Shown: piece after piece, positions 1 to 11,605 of the stretch
Layout: the number at the start of each line of letters is the position of its first letter
Numbering within the stretch: position 1 is the stretch's first letter
NCBI GenBank assembly: GCA_049724395.1
Contig: JAUGWO010000033.1
Span: 113,559 to 133,558, forward strand
Direction of reading: 5' to 3'
Origin: Spongospora subterranea f. sp. subterranea
Taxonomy: Eukaryota
DNA: 20,000 nucleotides
Program-made: the position numbers and the translations under genes
Notes under the pieces: model-generated
What the model was told of the DNA's origin: nothing
What the model saw: the letters and a program-made list of their open reading frames with translations, nothing else
The model's database searches: none

Positions 1-13
1 GCTTTCTAGGACT

Positions 14-1209
14 ATGCCCTCTGCTTCGCCCAGGTTGCCCTCTTCTCCTGGTCCTGATGGACAAAAGTCTGAAACTCACATCCGCGCTTCTCCATCTCCC
101 GAAGGTTTGGAGGACCGATCGTCAACGACGGCGGCTCCACCGCCAGCATCCAGAAGTACTTCATCCCTTCCTAATGGGCCTCCAGTACGACGCCCATTGC
201 AGTTCCGACGAGCGCCAAACATGCCTACGCGGATGCCTGGCAATAGTGTTCCTGTTGCTAAACCTGCTGCTGATGTGCCGGCTACGGTTTTAGCTCCAGC
301 ATCGACTGGCGATTCTACGACTGGTGCTCTGAAAACCAGTCAAATGCATCAAGGCAACAATGGCAAAGGTTCTCAAAGATCGCTTTCGACGCCACCGATG
401 CAGCCACTGCGAGTCAATTCTACTGCAGACCAGACAAAGCCTTCGCTGTCCCCTCCAAGGTCGGCTTCTCTTTTCCGGAGACTAGTTGGAGCTAAATCGG
501 ATGTATCCTCTGGCTCCGTGAAAACCGAGTTCGTTTTCAGCCCATCAAGCGGCGTGTGGGTGCCAGAAGGGTCCAGTGACATTTTAGATAACTCGACCAC
601 TAATGTCATGGATAGTGTTAAGCGATTGCGCTCAAAAATCCATGAAACCCAAGAAACAATGTCGTCCACTCGTGCATCCCTTAATTTAGATGGATATTCT
701 AAAGGTTCGAAAATTGTTGATACCCCGATCAGTTTAGAGCATTGGGCGGAAGCGAAAGCGCTCCTTCGCGAGTGTCAGCAGAAACTTTCAACGGCAGACC
801 CTCTTTATGCCAAAATTGCAAAATTCTTTAACGAAGTCTCCAGCGGTCATGAAGCAGTTCCAGATGCAGTATCTCAACTGGAAGACCTTTTGCAATCTGT
901 CCAGGTGAACAGTCTTCAAAAATGCAAATTATTGAGTTGATGCGATTGTCTGAACAGAAAAGCGAAAACGTTCGTCCTGACTCTCCTAGACCAGGGAGTG
1001 GCGGCTGTGGTGTAATATTCATGTAAGCTGCATGTTTTCCGAGTTAGATGGCGTTGGTTGACACGAGGTTTTTCAGTTTGACACTGTTCGTTGCTTTGTT
1101 GGCGGTCTTTCTTGTTTATCAAGAGCATCTAGAACCTCGAACCGTAGTTAGGTTTGTTAATGACTTTTTTTCGAATTCGACGACTACCGGGGATAATTTA
1201 GAATTATAA
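14..1209 (+). CDS. 3' part of a spliced gene: Ser/Pro-rich low-complexity region, helical domain, single C-terminal transmembrane helix and short tail (exons <=14-904, 958-1022, 1077-1209); probably begins upstream of the window
   Basis: The 308-aa ORF can be extended through two GT-AG introns (905-957 GTGAAC..AACAG, 53 bp; 1023-1076 GTAAGC..TTTCAG, 54 bp). These join in frame to give ...GSGGCGVIFILTLFVALLAVFLVYQEHLEPRTVVRFVNDFFSNSTTTGDNLEL*. An acceptor-like TTTCTAG lies at 3-9. Confidence 0.7.
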
Positions 1210-1313
1210 ATTCCGTTTGTTCATTGTTAGTGAGCAAAGTCATCGCCCAGATCATTGTATTTCTTATTAAAATCTAAGCCAGTAATTCTATGCAATTTGA
1301 AGACATAATGTTT

Positions 1314-3532
1314 TTATCGAATTGATTCTGGGCTCTGAATTGACCCCGTCCGACCCTTCCCCAGAGCTCTATACTCGCTATAATTACCAGCAAACATTCG
1401 TACCGTGCCATCAGATTCAAATGCTAATATGTGTGTGCATGTGCGGTCTAAGAACCATCGGTCGTGGGATACTATAATAGCCGATCCAGGGAAATCCTCT
1501 AGACCTTCCTAGGAGCGTCACTGATAAATTAAGAGTGGATTGCATGGCAAACAATTCACAAACGGACCTCTAACGCCCTTAGCGTAGTTACATCCAGGTC
1601 GTTTGTCGGCTCATCTGGAAAAATTCAAATTCAGACGTTGTGGCAGAGCAATACAGTGATAGTCTGACCTAGGATCAACAAATTACATCCATTCCTCAAC
1701 AATTTCGCTAGATGAACTCGATTTCTCTCTCCACCGCTCAACTGTCCTATCAGCTTCTCTTGGTCAGTTCCTGTGAAATTGAATTGTGCCACATATTGTC
1801 TGGCTGGCATCATCATGCGTCCGACACGAACGGGCTGTAAATCCGGAACCTGCACAGGGCTCAATCCTGACACGATCCGGACAAACAGATTGGCTCACAA
1901 TCTCGCGAAATACAGATTGGGTTGGGTCTAGCTCAGCACGTGATTGCAGAACATATCCCACTTCAACAGTGGACCCTAACGCGATTGACCCAGTATCTGG
2001 GGTAAGTTCTCCCACCAACATCCGCAACAATGTCGATTTTCCAGTTCCGTTAGCGCCGACGATCTGAGCAAAACGATGGGATTTTTTTTTGAAAATGGAT
2101 TGGAAAAACGCAATCGTACCCCGATGATAGCGCCGGGCTCAACAGTAAATGACAAATTCGAAATTAGGGTTCGCCCATCGAATGATTTGCTGACGTTATT
2201 ACATTCGAGAACCCGATCACCGAGACGTCGACCGTGTGGGATGATCAGTTTCCCTCTCGCCAGGCTATTGTTGACGCGGGATTCGCTTTTCGCCTCATCC
2301 ACAAGGGCTTCAAACTGTTTCATTCTGGCTTTGCTGGCAATTTGTCGTCCGCCTTTGCGAATCCACTCGAGTTCGGCTGCGATCTGGTCACGAGGTTCAC
2401 GCCATGCAATCATTTTGAGTTCAATGGATTTTGTACCTGAGCTTCCTTACCGGACAGCGTCCTCTGTTGTACCGACGTTCGAAGAACGCTCTGCTCAAGA
2501 AATTTGGAATAATTTCCAGTGTGGGTTTGGACCGAGGCTGTGTTCGCCTCGAATATCGACGTGGCCACGTTGTCAAGGAAATAACGATCGTGGGTGACGG
2601 CTAGAACTGTTCCTTTGTAGCTGTGTAGATACTGTGCAGGAATCAACATCAGAGCGATATGTAGTTGATCGAAGCAAAATTACCTTTTCCAGCCAAGCAA
2701 CCGACATGGCGTCCATGTGATTGGTCTAAACGTCAGTTGTTGGGCAATTCAGGTCCGTATTTGGTGATACTAGAAAATACCGGTTCATCGAGAAGTAGGA
2801 AATCTGCAGCCGATAGAAGCATGGCGCAAAGAGCGACACGACGCTTTTCGCCTCCAGATAAAGGTCCGACAATACAATCCGGCGGTGGACAGCATAATGC
2901 AGCCATGAATACAGATATTCGCCGATCCAGATTCCATAAATCTGAAAATAGCCTTTGATCAGGGTTTCGGAACTTCAGGAAATTGATTCAAATCGAAACA
3001 AACCGTTCTCGTCGATGATGGCTTGAAGCGACGACTGCTGTTCTACAAGGGCTTCAATGTCGGCGTCGGGCTCGGCGAATTTCATCGAGACCTGTTCGAA
3101 CTGATCGAGCAGATCAAAGTGCTTGTGCAGCCGTTGGCGAATATTATCCAGAACGGATATTTTGGGATCGAGGTGCGGCTCTTGATCTAGATATGCCACT
3201 GTCATGTCCTGTGAACGAGATATTTCCCCATCGTATTCGTTATCAAACCCTGAAACCGGATCAGAAACCATCAAGATAAGAGGAGATTCGGTCAGGAACG
3301 GTATCTCACCAGCGATTATCTTCAACAAGGATGATTTTCCAATCCCATTTGGTCCAACCATACCGATCTTGGCTCCTTTTGAAAACGTGAGATTGACACC
3401 GTTGGCGAACAGAACTCGATCTGGCGATAATCGTTTGGAAACCGCGTTTAATGTACAGATGATTGGGTTGGTTGAATGATAGCGGATATGAGTGTAGCGG
3501 GTGATTGCCCTGAACGAGACCATAATGGGCAT
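1314..3532 (-). CDS. ettA: EttA-like ABC-F ATPase (energy-dependent translational throttle protein homolog), about 572 aa, 10 exons, with a putative mitochondrial presequence
   Basis: Exons 3532-3310, 3249-3004, 2941-2781, 2725-2684, 2631-2437, 2383-2120, 2063-1899, 1849-1669, 1614-1568 and 1508-1314 splice in frame across nine GT-AG introns of 49-62 bp. There are two ABC cassettes ([30 protein letters not shown] and [32 protein letters not shown]) and no transmembrane domain. EttA-like motifs include [32 protein letters not shown] and [18 protein letters not shown]. Confidence 0.92.
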
Positions 3533-3782
3533 GATGATGTGTCAGGCCTCCCTTTTCACCCGTAATCAGGTCCAGCAGATGGCGATGCAGTTGCCGGGGC
3601 GGGACGGTCGGCCAGCAGTGGTAGGGTAACGGGGTCTGACGGGGAATACCTGTCGGGGTTATGTACACTGGGTAGGATGATAGCCCCTACCTGCCACCTA
3701 CCTGGTTTACAGACAACTCCCAGATCGTGGTAAGTTCAATGGTTGGAGGAAGCGTCGTCATCGGTGATGGCAATGTCATCCC

Positions 3783-4469
3783 ATGCAATTGAGATTGTCG
3801 CTATTAGTGGAATATACCAGCGAGGAGATCTCAATCTGGTCTCCAGAGGACTACACAAAGGAGGGTTGTGTCGCTTTGACGACAATGTCCAAAAACAATG
3901 TGGCATTGACCTCAATGAGTTCGTGGCGTTTAGTCTTCTGGAAGGCGAGCTTGATTGATCCTCAGTGTGATGATTGTAGGGACCATCTCTATTGCAACCA
4001 TTCTGTTGCCGTTGGCCCCATCCAGATATTCAACCGGTCTTCAACACTTGACCAAGAATGTCGCCATTTGTGTTACCACTACAACCCCCCCCCCCCCCTG
4101 GCTGTTAAAGATCACTTCACAGACAGGGTTGTTTCTGACAATGAAGGCGATGAAATCGCCGCACAGCATTGTTATTGGTGAGATTGTGATCCATACCCAA
4201 TTAAGACGCCATTGGACCGTCATTCACTGTTCAAAGAGCCAATCGTCATGATATTCTGCTCAATGGTCTGTGCCATCATTTCCTGTCATGTTATCGCTGT
4301 CGGTATATTGGATCGAATATCACCCTCCAGCACGTATTCGGGTGTGTCTTGCAATAATCGTGTTCATGTGATTGACAATAATGGGATTGCCCATGTGCCT
4401 CAATGTTATCAGTCAATAACAGCAGTGCCGATTGTGATCAATGGACAGCACCCTCAGTTGATGATCTGA
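3783..4469 (+). pseudogene. Possible decayed hydrophobic (membrane) protein gene
   Basis: Short overlapping hydrophobic ORFs. Removing one copy of the TTGA duplication at 3951-3958 fuses ORF 3783 to ORF 3955 (WRLVFWKASLILSVMIVGTISIATILLPL). No family recognised. Confidence 0.25.
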
Positions 4470-4683
4470 TTCATTAACACCATTGTATTCAATAACAAAC
4501 ATATCAACGGGTTCCTCATATTTTCACAACGTTATGTCAGAGCAATTTCCAAGATGCGACAACGACCTTCAGCAAAGCAAAATCGCCAGGGTTCGAATTA
4601 TGGCGAATATCGATATCCTATTCGATATCTGTGGGCAGTTTCCCCCCAACGTCATGTGTGTTGTACCCGATATAAATTATGGA

Positions 4684-6072
4684 CTATATTCTGATCATTT
4701 TCCTAATCCAGAAGGAGAGCATATCGACCCAGACGTCCCTAGTTCGTTCATCTATCGCCTCTAATTCAATGCACCGCCCTTTGGTCACGATCTTCAGTCG
4801 TTTGTTAAGTTTCCCCGAGTAGTCGCCCTGGACGAAGGCGATGTCGGTGAGATTGGTCTGCCCCTTAACCCGTCCCTTCTTCTCGTCCTTCCACTGCAGT
4901 ATCTGCATATCGCCAGTGCACGACACCTTCCTTGGCACCGACGACCCCCTTTTCAGTTTGATGAACATGTCGCCGGCGGTCAACACGTCCTCGCAGGTCT
5001 GCCGTCTCATCACCAGTTTCTGTCGCTCGGCCTGATCCTGTAATCTCATCTGTTCCTGCATGTTGTTCTGATCCCGCCGCTCCAGCAGCCATCGTAGTCC
5101 ATCATTCCAGGTGGCGATAGTCCCCATCTCGTCCGACTCCAACGTCAATGACCGGTTCGACCCGATAATGAACAGTTTAAGGTGTCTGGGAACCGTTAGA
5201 TCGCTATAAACCTTATCGATTCCCTGAATCCTGATAAACCCTTTAATATGATCTGGATCCAGCGGTAATCCCCACATGATTTTATCCAGCGAACGAGTGC
5301 AGCGCACCAGGCGACGACTGGCCGTCCCCTTCTTGATCTTCTTGAACACCTCCCCTTTCCTCAATATCTCCTTCATATTCACCTGCAGATCGGCCCGATT
5401 CCTTCCCTGATCGTGGTTCCTGTCGACCGTCTCCTGGATCGCCGAGATCTTCTTCATCCACTCATCGAGCACTTCCCGACTCCCGAAATCCATCAAGATC
5501 TGTCGTTTCCCTTGTTCTGCCACACTAATCACGGTCGGATCGCGCCTCCTGATATTCGTTCGCCAATCGGATAAATCGGCCGAGAATTCCGGCATTTGAT
5601 CCTGAACAAAGACGACAAACGACGGTGAGAAATCGGAATGGAAATCTTTGATGATGATGAATACGGGATCATCAGGATAACACCATATTATCGCCTGATC
5701 CAATATTATATACCGATCGACCCAGATATCGCCATACAGATGAGGGCAACGAACACCAACGCGACATTCGTTGGCGGTTGAGGGCGACGAGGGCGGGGAA
5801 TCCGGGACGGGAGGTGTCAATGATGGATGGCGATGAGGAGGTGGCGCTGGCAATAATCCACATAGGACCTGCAATAGGTGCCGGGCTCGTTTGTAGTCGT
5901 CGCCGGGGGAGAATAGCGACAACAGGTCGTCCATCTCGCGCTGGTTGCATCGCGATATGCTGTCGAGGTGGTCGTAGCCCAGGTCGAGCAGCGTGTCGGA
6001 ATAGGACGAGAGGTTCATTGACGACAGCCACGACCGCACCTGCTCCACCGATTGATCATAGGTCAACCCCAT
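4684..6072 (-). CDS. SAM domain + Pro-rich linker + three PH domains (signalling or scaffold protein)
   Basis: N-terminal SAM pattern (SVEQVRSWLSSMNLSSYSDTLLDLGYDHLDSI). Three PH-like units end in the typical Trp helix (EVLDEWMKKI, TIATWNDGL, TRDVWVDML). Units 2 and 3 resemble each other (ILRKGEVFKKIKKG / VLTAGDMFIKLKRG; PLC-type PH). A probable in-frame 63-bp intron lies at 5602-5664 (GTATTC..GTTCAG). Confidence 0.82.
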   Translation of the reverse strand: MGLTYDQSVEQVRSWLSSMNLSSYSDTLLDLGYDHLDSISRCNQREMDDLLSLFSPGDDYKRARHLLQVLCGLLPAPPPHRHPSLTPPVPDSPPSSPSTANECRVGVRCPHLYGDIWVDRYIILDQAIIWCYPDDPVFIIIKDFHSDFSPSFVVFVQDQMPEFSADLSDWRTNIRRRDPTVISVAEQGKRQILMDFGSREVLDEWMKKISAIQETVDRNHDQGRNRADLQVNMKEILRKGEVFKKIKKGTASRRLVRCTRSLDKIMWGLPLDPDHIKGFIRIQGIDKVYSDLTVPRHLKLFIIGSNRSLTLESDEMGTIATWNDGLRWLLERRDQNNMQEQMRLQDQAERQKLVMRRQTCEDVLTAGDMFIKLKRGSSVPRKVSCTGDMQILQWKDEKKGRVKGQTNLTDIAFVQGDYSGKLNKRLKIVTKGRCIELEAIDERTRDVWVDMLSFWIRKMIRI

Positions 6073-6227
6073 ATCGCTGGGAATAACATGTGATCGGATC
6101 CGAACCGGGAGATATTATCGCCATCGTGAATCGATCCAATTACAATGACCAAAACAATGGCAGTTTTATCGCCGAACACCGAAGCGATGTTGTTGGACCC
6201 AGATCTACTATATGATAAACACTGATT

Positions 6228-7294
6228 TTAATTCCATTGATAGAGGTCGTGAACGAATTTGGCGTATGAGATGGCGCCTTCAGTATCGGGATCGTGATCA
6301 GCGAATAGCGCTTGACTCTCTTTCTCGGGCATCAGTATCCCGAATCGTTCCAGCGCTTTCGACCATTCCTGGAACTTGACCTTCCCAGTGTCCTCGATAT
6401 CAAAATGGCGAAACACTCTCGTTAGCGTATACGCTTCGGATTCCTGTCCCCGCGTCTTCTGTCGAATTTTCTCCTTTAAAACCTGCCCGACAGACGCCAG
6501 ATACGCTGGGTCGATCGGAACGTCGTCGCTCGACGCTTCCGCTTTCACCGAAATCTTGAACACATTGTTGACCACCTCCGCGAACCGTTGATCGTCCAAC
6601 GGGATTGACGCGCTGATGTAGTCGAACATCGCCATGAACCGATCGTGACTGATCACGTCGCCCTCGGCGAACGACTCGAAATTGTCGACGAACTCGTTCT
6701 TGATGGCGATGGCGGATTTGTCGTGCGCGAGGACCTTGGGATGGTGCTCAGGATGGAATCGCGATAGAAGATGGGCGATCGGGACGGCGTTGTTAATGGC
6801 CAATGACTCAAACACAGAGTGGACAAGACCATGGCGATATGGGCTCATCGGTGGCGCCAGGCTGTGAAGAAAGGACTGGATTGAGATCAACCCTGTCGAT
6901 TGCGCATCGAACCGCTTGTTCAGCAGCGCCAGCTGAGACAACGGCAGGAACAGCCCGATTCGGGCCAATAATTGCTCGAACTCCTGAAAACACCATGTCG
7001 AGTTAATCAAAACAGTGACCAATAACGAAGGTAAAGCCGCTTTGGAACTCTCCAACCGAAATCCATTTTCGCGATCGGGAAATTTGTTTGGAACAGTGAC
7101 CGAAGATGGATATTGTGAATGATCTGCAGGTTGTGAATACTCACAGCGTAGTTGATGAGATCAGGTTCGTTAAGGGCATAACTGCGAAACGCTCTCTCGA
7201 CTAGCAACATGCAGTTATGGCCTTTCTTACAGAGCTCGATCCGCATCCGGAGCAGGATATTGTCGAGTTCGACCTGGACGGCGGTCATGACCAT
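6228..7294 (-). CDS. Calcyphosin-like EF-hand calcium-binding protein (exons 7294/7288-7145 and 6983-6228)
   Basis: Intron 6984-7144 (GTGAGT..TTTCAG) joins DLINYA to EFEQLLARIG in frame. Calcyphosin-type motifs: PPMSPYR..LVHSVF, HHPKV, EFVDNFE, F..ISASI..D..F. C-terminal EF-hand pair FRHFDIEDTGKVKFQEW / DPDTEGAISYAKF. Confidence 0.85.
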
Positions 7295-8516
7295 TATAGG
7301 ACGGTCCCTAGTGATGTTAACCAGGGTGGGTGTTCGCTCAATCACAATAAACAGTGTGTTCGATGACGGATCGATAACTGTACCGATCCTGCGAACCCCA
7401 TCAAAATATCGGCACCGCTTGTTGGTCGGGAAGGGGATATCAGTTTGGTATGGTCATCGCAACCACGATTTACCCATTTCCGGATTACGTCATAATTCCC
7501 GATCAAATAGCGAACCACTAAATGATTCAGTGCAGTCGACGATTGACAGTGTTTCCGGTCGATCTGACCGATATTGTTCCTGTTATCTCATGTTATTCAC
7601 TATCGTGTTGGGTATAATATCACCCCGAGAGTTCTCAACTACATTCAACACATCGGCCACGTGTTCATGGGGTTGACCTACTCCCCAAACAAGACCTTAT
7701 CTATTTAGTATTCCATTGAATCCCTAAATGGCACAAATCGGCCATCGCCACCTAACAAATCACATTGGCCAATAGAACATGAGGGATTTATCGACATCTT
7801 TTACGAAGGTCTTTAGTGGTCCCATGGATGTTTGACCAGTTGATTTTGATCATTGATATAACGCTTTAGCTCTTGTAAAGCAATCAATTACCTCGGATAA
7901 CTGAAGGATTGGAAAACGGTGGTAGTTGATGAAAGAGGATGATGTCGTTTGATGATCGATGGGAAGGGTGTGATTTTACATCTGATATAACCATTGATAA
8001 GGGGTGGGATATACACGAGGATGGCCAAGTAATTCGACAGAACCGACTGTCCTGGTCCAACGTCACCACTTTCAGTCGTCCATGGTCAAGAAAACGCCCT
8101 TTTCATTTACTCGACAATGGAACACCATCCTCCTTTTCCATCGTCGATTGGTCGAGATCAGACACCTCCTTCCTTATCCCTTTATCCGGTTCGTCGAACC
8201 GCGACACAGAACCGCGTCTGAAGTTGACTTGAAAGGTTCTGCCTAAGGTCGCTCCTTCACGTCCTTCCTTACTAATACACCAATCAATTTACTGATCAAT
8301 ATTAGTCATTGGCTTTGACATAAACGGTAAGTGATGGCCCCCCCATCGAACGGGCGGTCAACAACCTGTTTAAATCAACGGGTGACACATATATGGATTG
8401 TACTGTTGTCCTAATAGGGATGAATCCCCACCACACTATTCTCTGGTACTAACAATCTGATGAAGGATTTATTCCCCTTTGTGATTTGTTGACGTTGATA
8501 TTTACCTATACTTTAC

Positions 8517-8854
8517 ATGTGTGGTCCATCACATAATCCGACTGTTTTCGTTCTGTTGCCAGTCTTGTTTGGTGTTATTGGTGTCATCTTGATTAATTGG
8601 GTCAGTCCATTGTGACTATTGGAGTTGAGAATTTTCCATTGATGTGGTGTGATAACATACCGTGTTTCTCCAGTCGCTGCTATATTGACACTCATGGAAT
8701 GAACTTCGTTGATCATCTTTGTAAAATAGTGGTGTATGGTGGTGTTCGCCTGGCTTATCGTGATGATATTCATCTTATGCTGTCTCTGGGTGAAACTTGG
8801 GGTCGAAAATGATTTATGCCTCCTCCGCTTGACACTGTTTTTGCTAACCATTCT
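8517..8854 (+). pseudogene. Possible decayed polytopic membrane protein fragment, cut off by the Gypsy A LTR
   Basis: One frame reads VFVLLPVLFGVIGVILINW..VAAILTLME*..CMVVFAWLIVMIFILCCLW..LLRLTLFLLTI with four in-frame stops (3 TGA, 1 TAG). Confidence 0.3.
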
Positions 8855-9223
8855 TGTTGCGACGAAAAATCGGGTTGTCGAAGCAGTAAACGCGAATCGT
8901 TCACATCCCAGAAGTGGGTCACAGGCACCTTTCGCTAAGATTTTGACGAATTCCTTTTTGGACAGGGACGTTAATTGCACGACCAGACTCAGTGGTAAAC
9001 TGCATATCTTGAGTATCCACCTTCTCCATCCTCACCTCACATGCGCTACAGTTTTTCCACCATCGGGAAGATTTAATATACTCTATCGGCAGGAACGCCT
9101 CGGTACTGGAGTAGCCAGTTGCAAACAACAAGGATTGGAAAAAAGGGACTGTATTGATGAGAGAGGAAGATTCACCCATCCTGCGATCAGAAACTTAGTT
9201 CGCGCTAACGCTGCGGCACTACA
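8855..9223 (-). repeat. Putative 3' LTR of Gypsy A (right edge firm, left edge uncertain)
   Basis: The minus-strand polypurine tract GAACGAGGGGAA (9235-9224) is followed directly by TGTAGTG, just after the chromodomain. Candidate left edges are TGTTGCG at 8855 (preferred, 369 bp), 8643 and 8399. Confidence 0.55.
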
Positions 9224-11605
9224 TTCCCCTCGTTCAAAGTTGAAAGTTAGATTCATCACTGAAGGAATCTTTGAACGCCCTTTAATAAACGGTGGAAGTG
9301 TACTGGACACTCATGCAGTTAATTCTGGACAGGCTCCCACGAGTCTACCGACTCTTCGAAGCCTCGCCAGCGAATTTTTGACAGACCAAGTTCCATCTTC
9401 AAGTTCACTCTCCGTCGAGAATTTCTTCAACCTCGTATCCTTGATCATGACCGGCAATTTGGTCGAATAAATCGGAATTTACATCCAAAGAACCATCACA
9501 GTAAAATCGCACTCTGTGGGTATGGGATTCGAACACTGTTTTAAAAACTAGGTGTTCTAGTTTGACGATGAATTCCGTTACGATTTCAATTATCCTGGGA
9601 GGACCTCTCCAGATTGAGGATAGCGATCCATCTGTAGCACGTTTGATGACAGAATACAGCACGTAGTCACCAACTTGGAAGTTAGCAACAGGGGCATGTC
9701 GATGTCGGTTTTGTCGTTCCCGATTGCCGGTACGAACTAAAAGGACTTTGCTGTGCATGTTCTCGAACTAGATCTTATAGCAGAGACGTAAGCTTCTAGA
9801 CGTTCCGGGGAAAGCTTCACATTCAGAATCCAATGTTGCTGCGGTGACCAAACAACGTCCAATGGTGATGATGGCTCAGATCCATGGCATAGTGTAATCG
9901 GAGCAAACTTCAAGGTTGACGATATGGTATTATTTTTTACTGGACCAATGGAATCAACGAAGGCCAGTGTTTAATGGGCAATCGGAACTCTGAGCATAAA
10001 GAACGCAGTGCTGAAAGAATGTTGGCATCTGCCTCAAGGACAGAATGCCAAATGAAAGTGATACTTGGCTTGCAGCTTTAAACACACTTCCTCAATTATT
10101 TGATTTACTAAATGCTTCCCTTGGTCGGATACCCATAGCACCGGGACGTCGTTACTCGAACATCAATCAACGATAGCTTCCGCTGTGTGAGAAGAATTAG
10201 GAGAATTTGTAGGAAACAAGTCAATATACCCGGAAACCCGATCTCTGGTGACCAGTAACTGCTTGATCACATTGTTTGATAATCCTACGTAAAAATAATT
10301 AAATTCGATAATATGATTAGGGTATTGAGCCTCGGCAGTAGCGCCGAACGGGCGAGGGACTCTCTCCCCGGCTTTACCAGGAAGGCAATGGAGGCATTGC
10401 CGTACAAAATCTTCAACGCTTTGCCGCATGTTTTTCCAGAAAAAACGGGAAACAAGCGCTTCAAGAGTAGACTTTTGGCCACGATGGCCGGCGGATCCTG
10501 AATGTGCAATTATCAACAAACGAGATTGTAAGGTAGACGACGAATAAGGTATCCAATAAACTAATTTGTTTGTGACGAACAGGCCTTGCGAATTTCTGGT
10601 AAATTCATTTCCTGCGACAATCAAGGACCATTGGTCAGCACCAATCTCGCTCCGTTGCTCCGCTTTTATATCCTCCAGAGTTGGCCATGTAAGATCCTCT
10701 TGGTCTAAAGAATTTATGACATTATGTGGAATTCTAGCACGATGGAGACGGGTTACGTTGGTAAAATGAGATGAAGCCCAACGCGAAAGCATATCAGCCC
10801 AAACATTGTTTCGCCTGGAATGTGTTCGATAATATACGATAATGATTCCAATCTCAGCGACCAACGGTGCAATTTGTCGAGTGTATGTTGCTTGAAAGGT
10901 TATACCAGGAGAGAAAGGATTGAAAAGAAACATGAGATTCTTGTGATTAGTGAAAATCCTGAACGGAAGTCAGGTGACAAGTAGATAATCGAACCTTTGA
11001 ACAGCGTCAACTTTTGGATACGCCTCTTTCTCCGGAATCGCATATCTCAATGCGGGACATTTGAAGGAAGAACTGAAAAGGCTCATGACTGTGCTCGGAT
11101 AATTGTTTGCGAAGTTCGCTGGGGTGAACTTGCGTTATTATTATAGACTATGACTTTGCAGAAGCGTCAGTAAAGGAACAGCGAATTGAATCTTCACGTG
11201 CATGTGCTAAAGTTGCAGAATGAGATATTGCGTTGATGGTGGCTCAAAAGGAGTCTTCATGGATTGAATCCCATTCAAGAAGAGATATCGGAATCTTACG
11301 GGCAGCGAACTTGTTGCGTTTCTTTGCTCCAGCCATAAGGTTTTCGAGTAATTGTCGAAGGGGCTGGATGAGCGGTTTGAATTCGATATGTGAACTTAGC
11401 CACCTTAATGCACATATAAATTGCATTAAATCAGCAGCGGTGCTTGGAACGGGCATGTTGGTGAATGCAGATATCTCCGCAGAATCATGACGGCAACCGT
11501 GTATTGAATAAATTTTTCCACAATGTTTGGCTTCAAGTAGGTAGAAAGAGCATCGTGAAGCGTTCAACTTAAGACCGAAGTCATGACATCCAACGAAAAC
11601 TGATA

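Noticed and set aside
1786..3479. Plus-strand ORFs overlapping ettA, and similar antisense ORFs over the other genes and TEs
   Set aside because: These are antisense shadows of well-supported coding regions with no recognisable motifs.
1314..3532. Bacterial contamination as the source of ettA
   Set aside because: The gene has nine spliceosomal introns of host size and eukaryotic neighbours.
3962..4015. SWIM-like motif QCDDCRDHLYCNHSVAV
   Set aside because: The spacing does not fit CxC..CxH, no other transposase motifs are nearby, and the overlapping hydrophobic frame is a better explanation.
7600..8400. Possible solo LTR or TIR element (TATCACCC at 7618 / GGGTGACA ending 8387)
   Set aside because: The inverted repeat is short and imperfect and has no matching TSD (TATAA versus CATAT). 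The region remains unexplained.
8517..8735. TGA-as-Trp recoding or a mitochondrial insertion
   Set aside because: The frame also has a TAG stop, the base composition is not strongly AT-rich, and I recognise no mitochondrial protein.
8736..9470. 244-aa plus-strand ORF as an extra or env-like gene
   Set aside because: It spans three unrelated parts (hydrophobic remnant, LTR, antisense chromodomain), so it is most likely a chance chimeric ORF.
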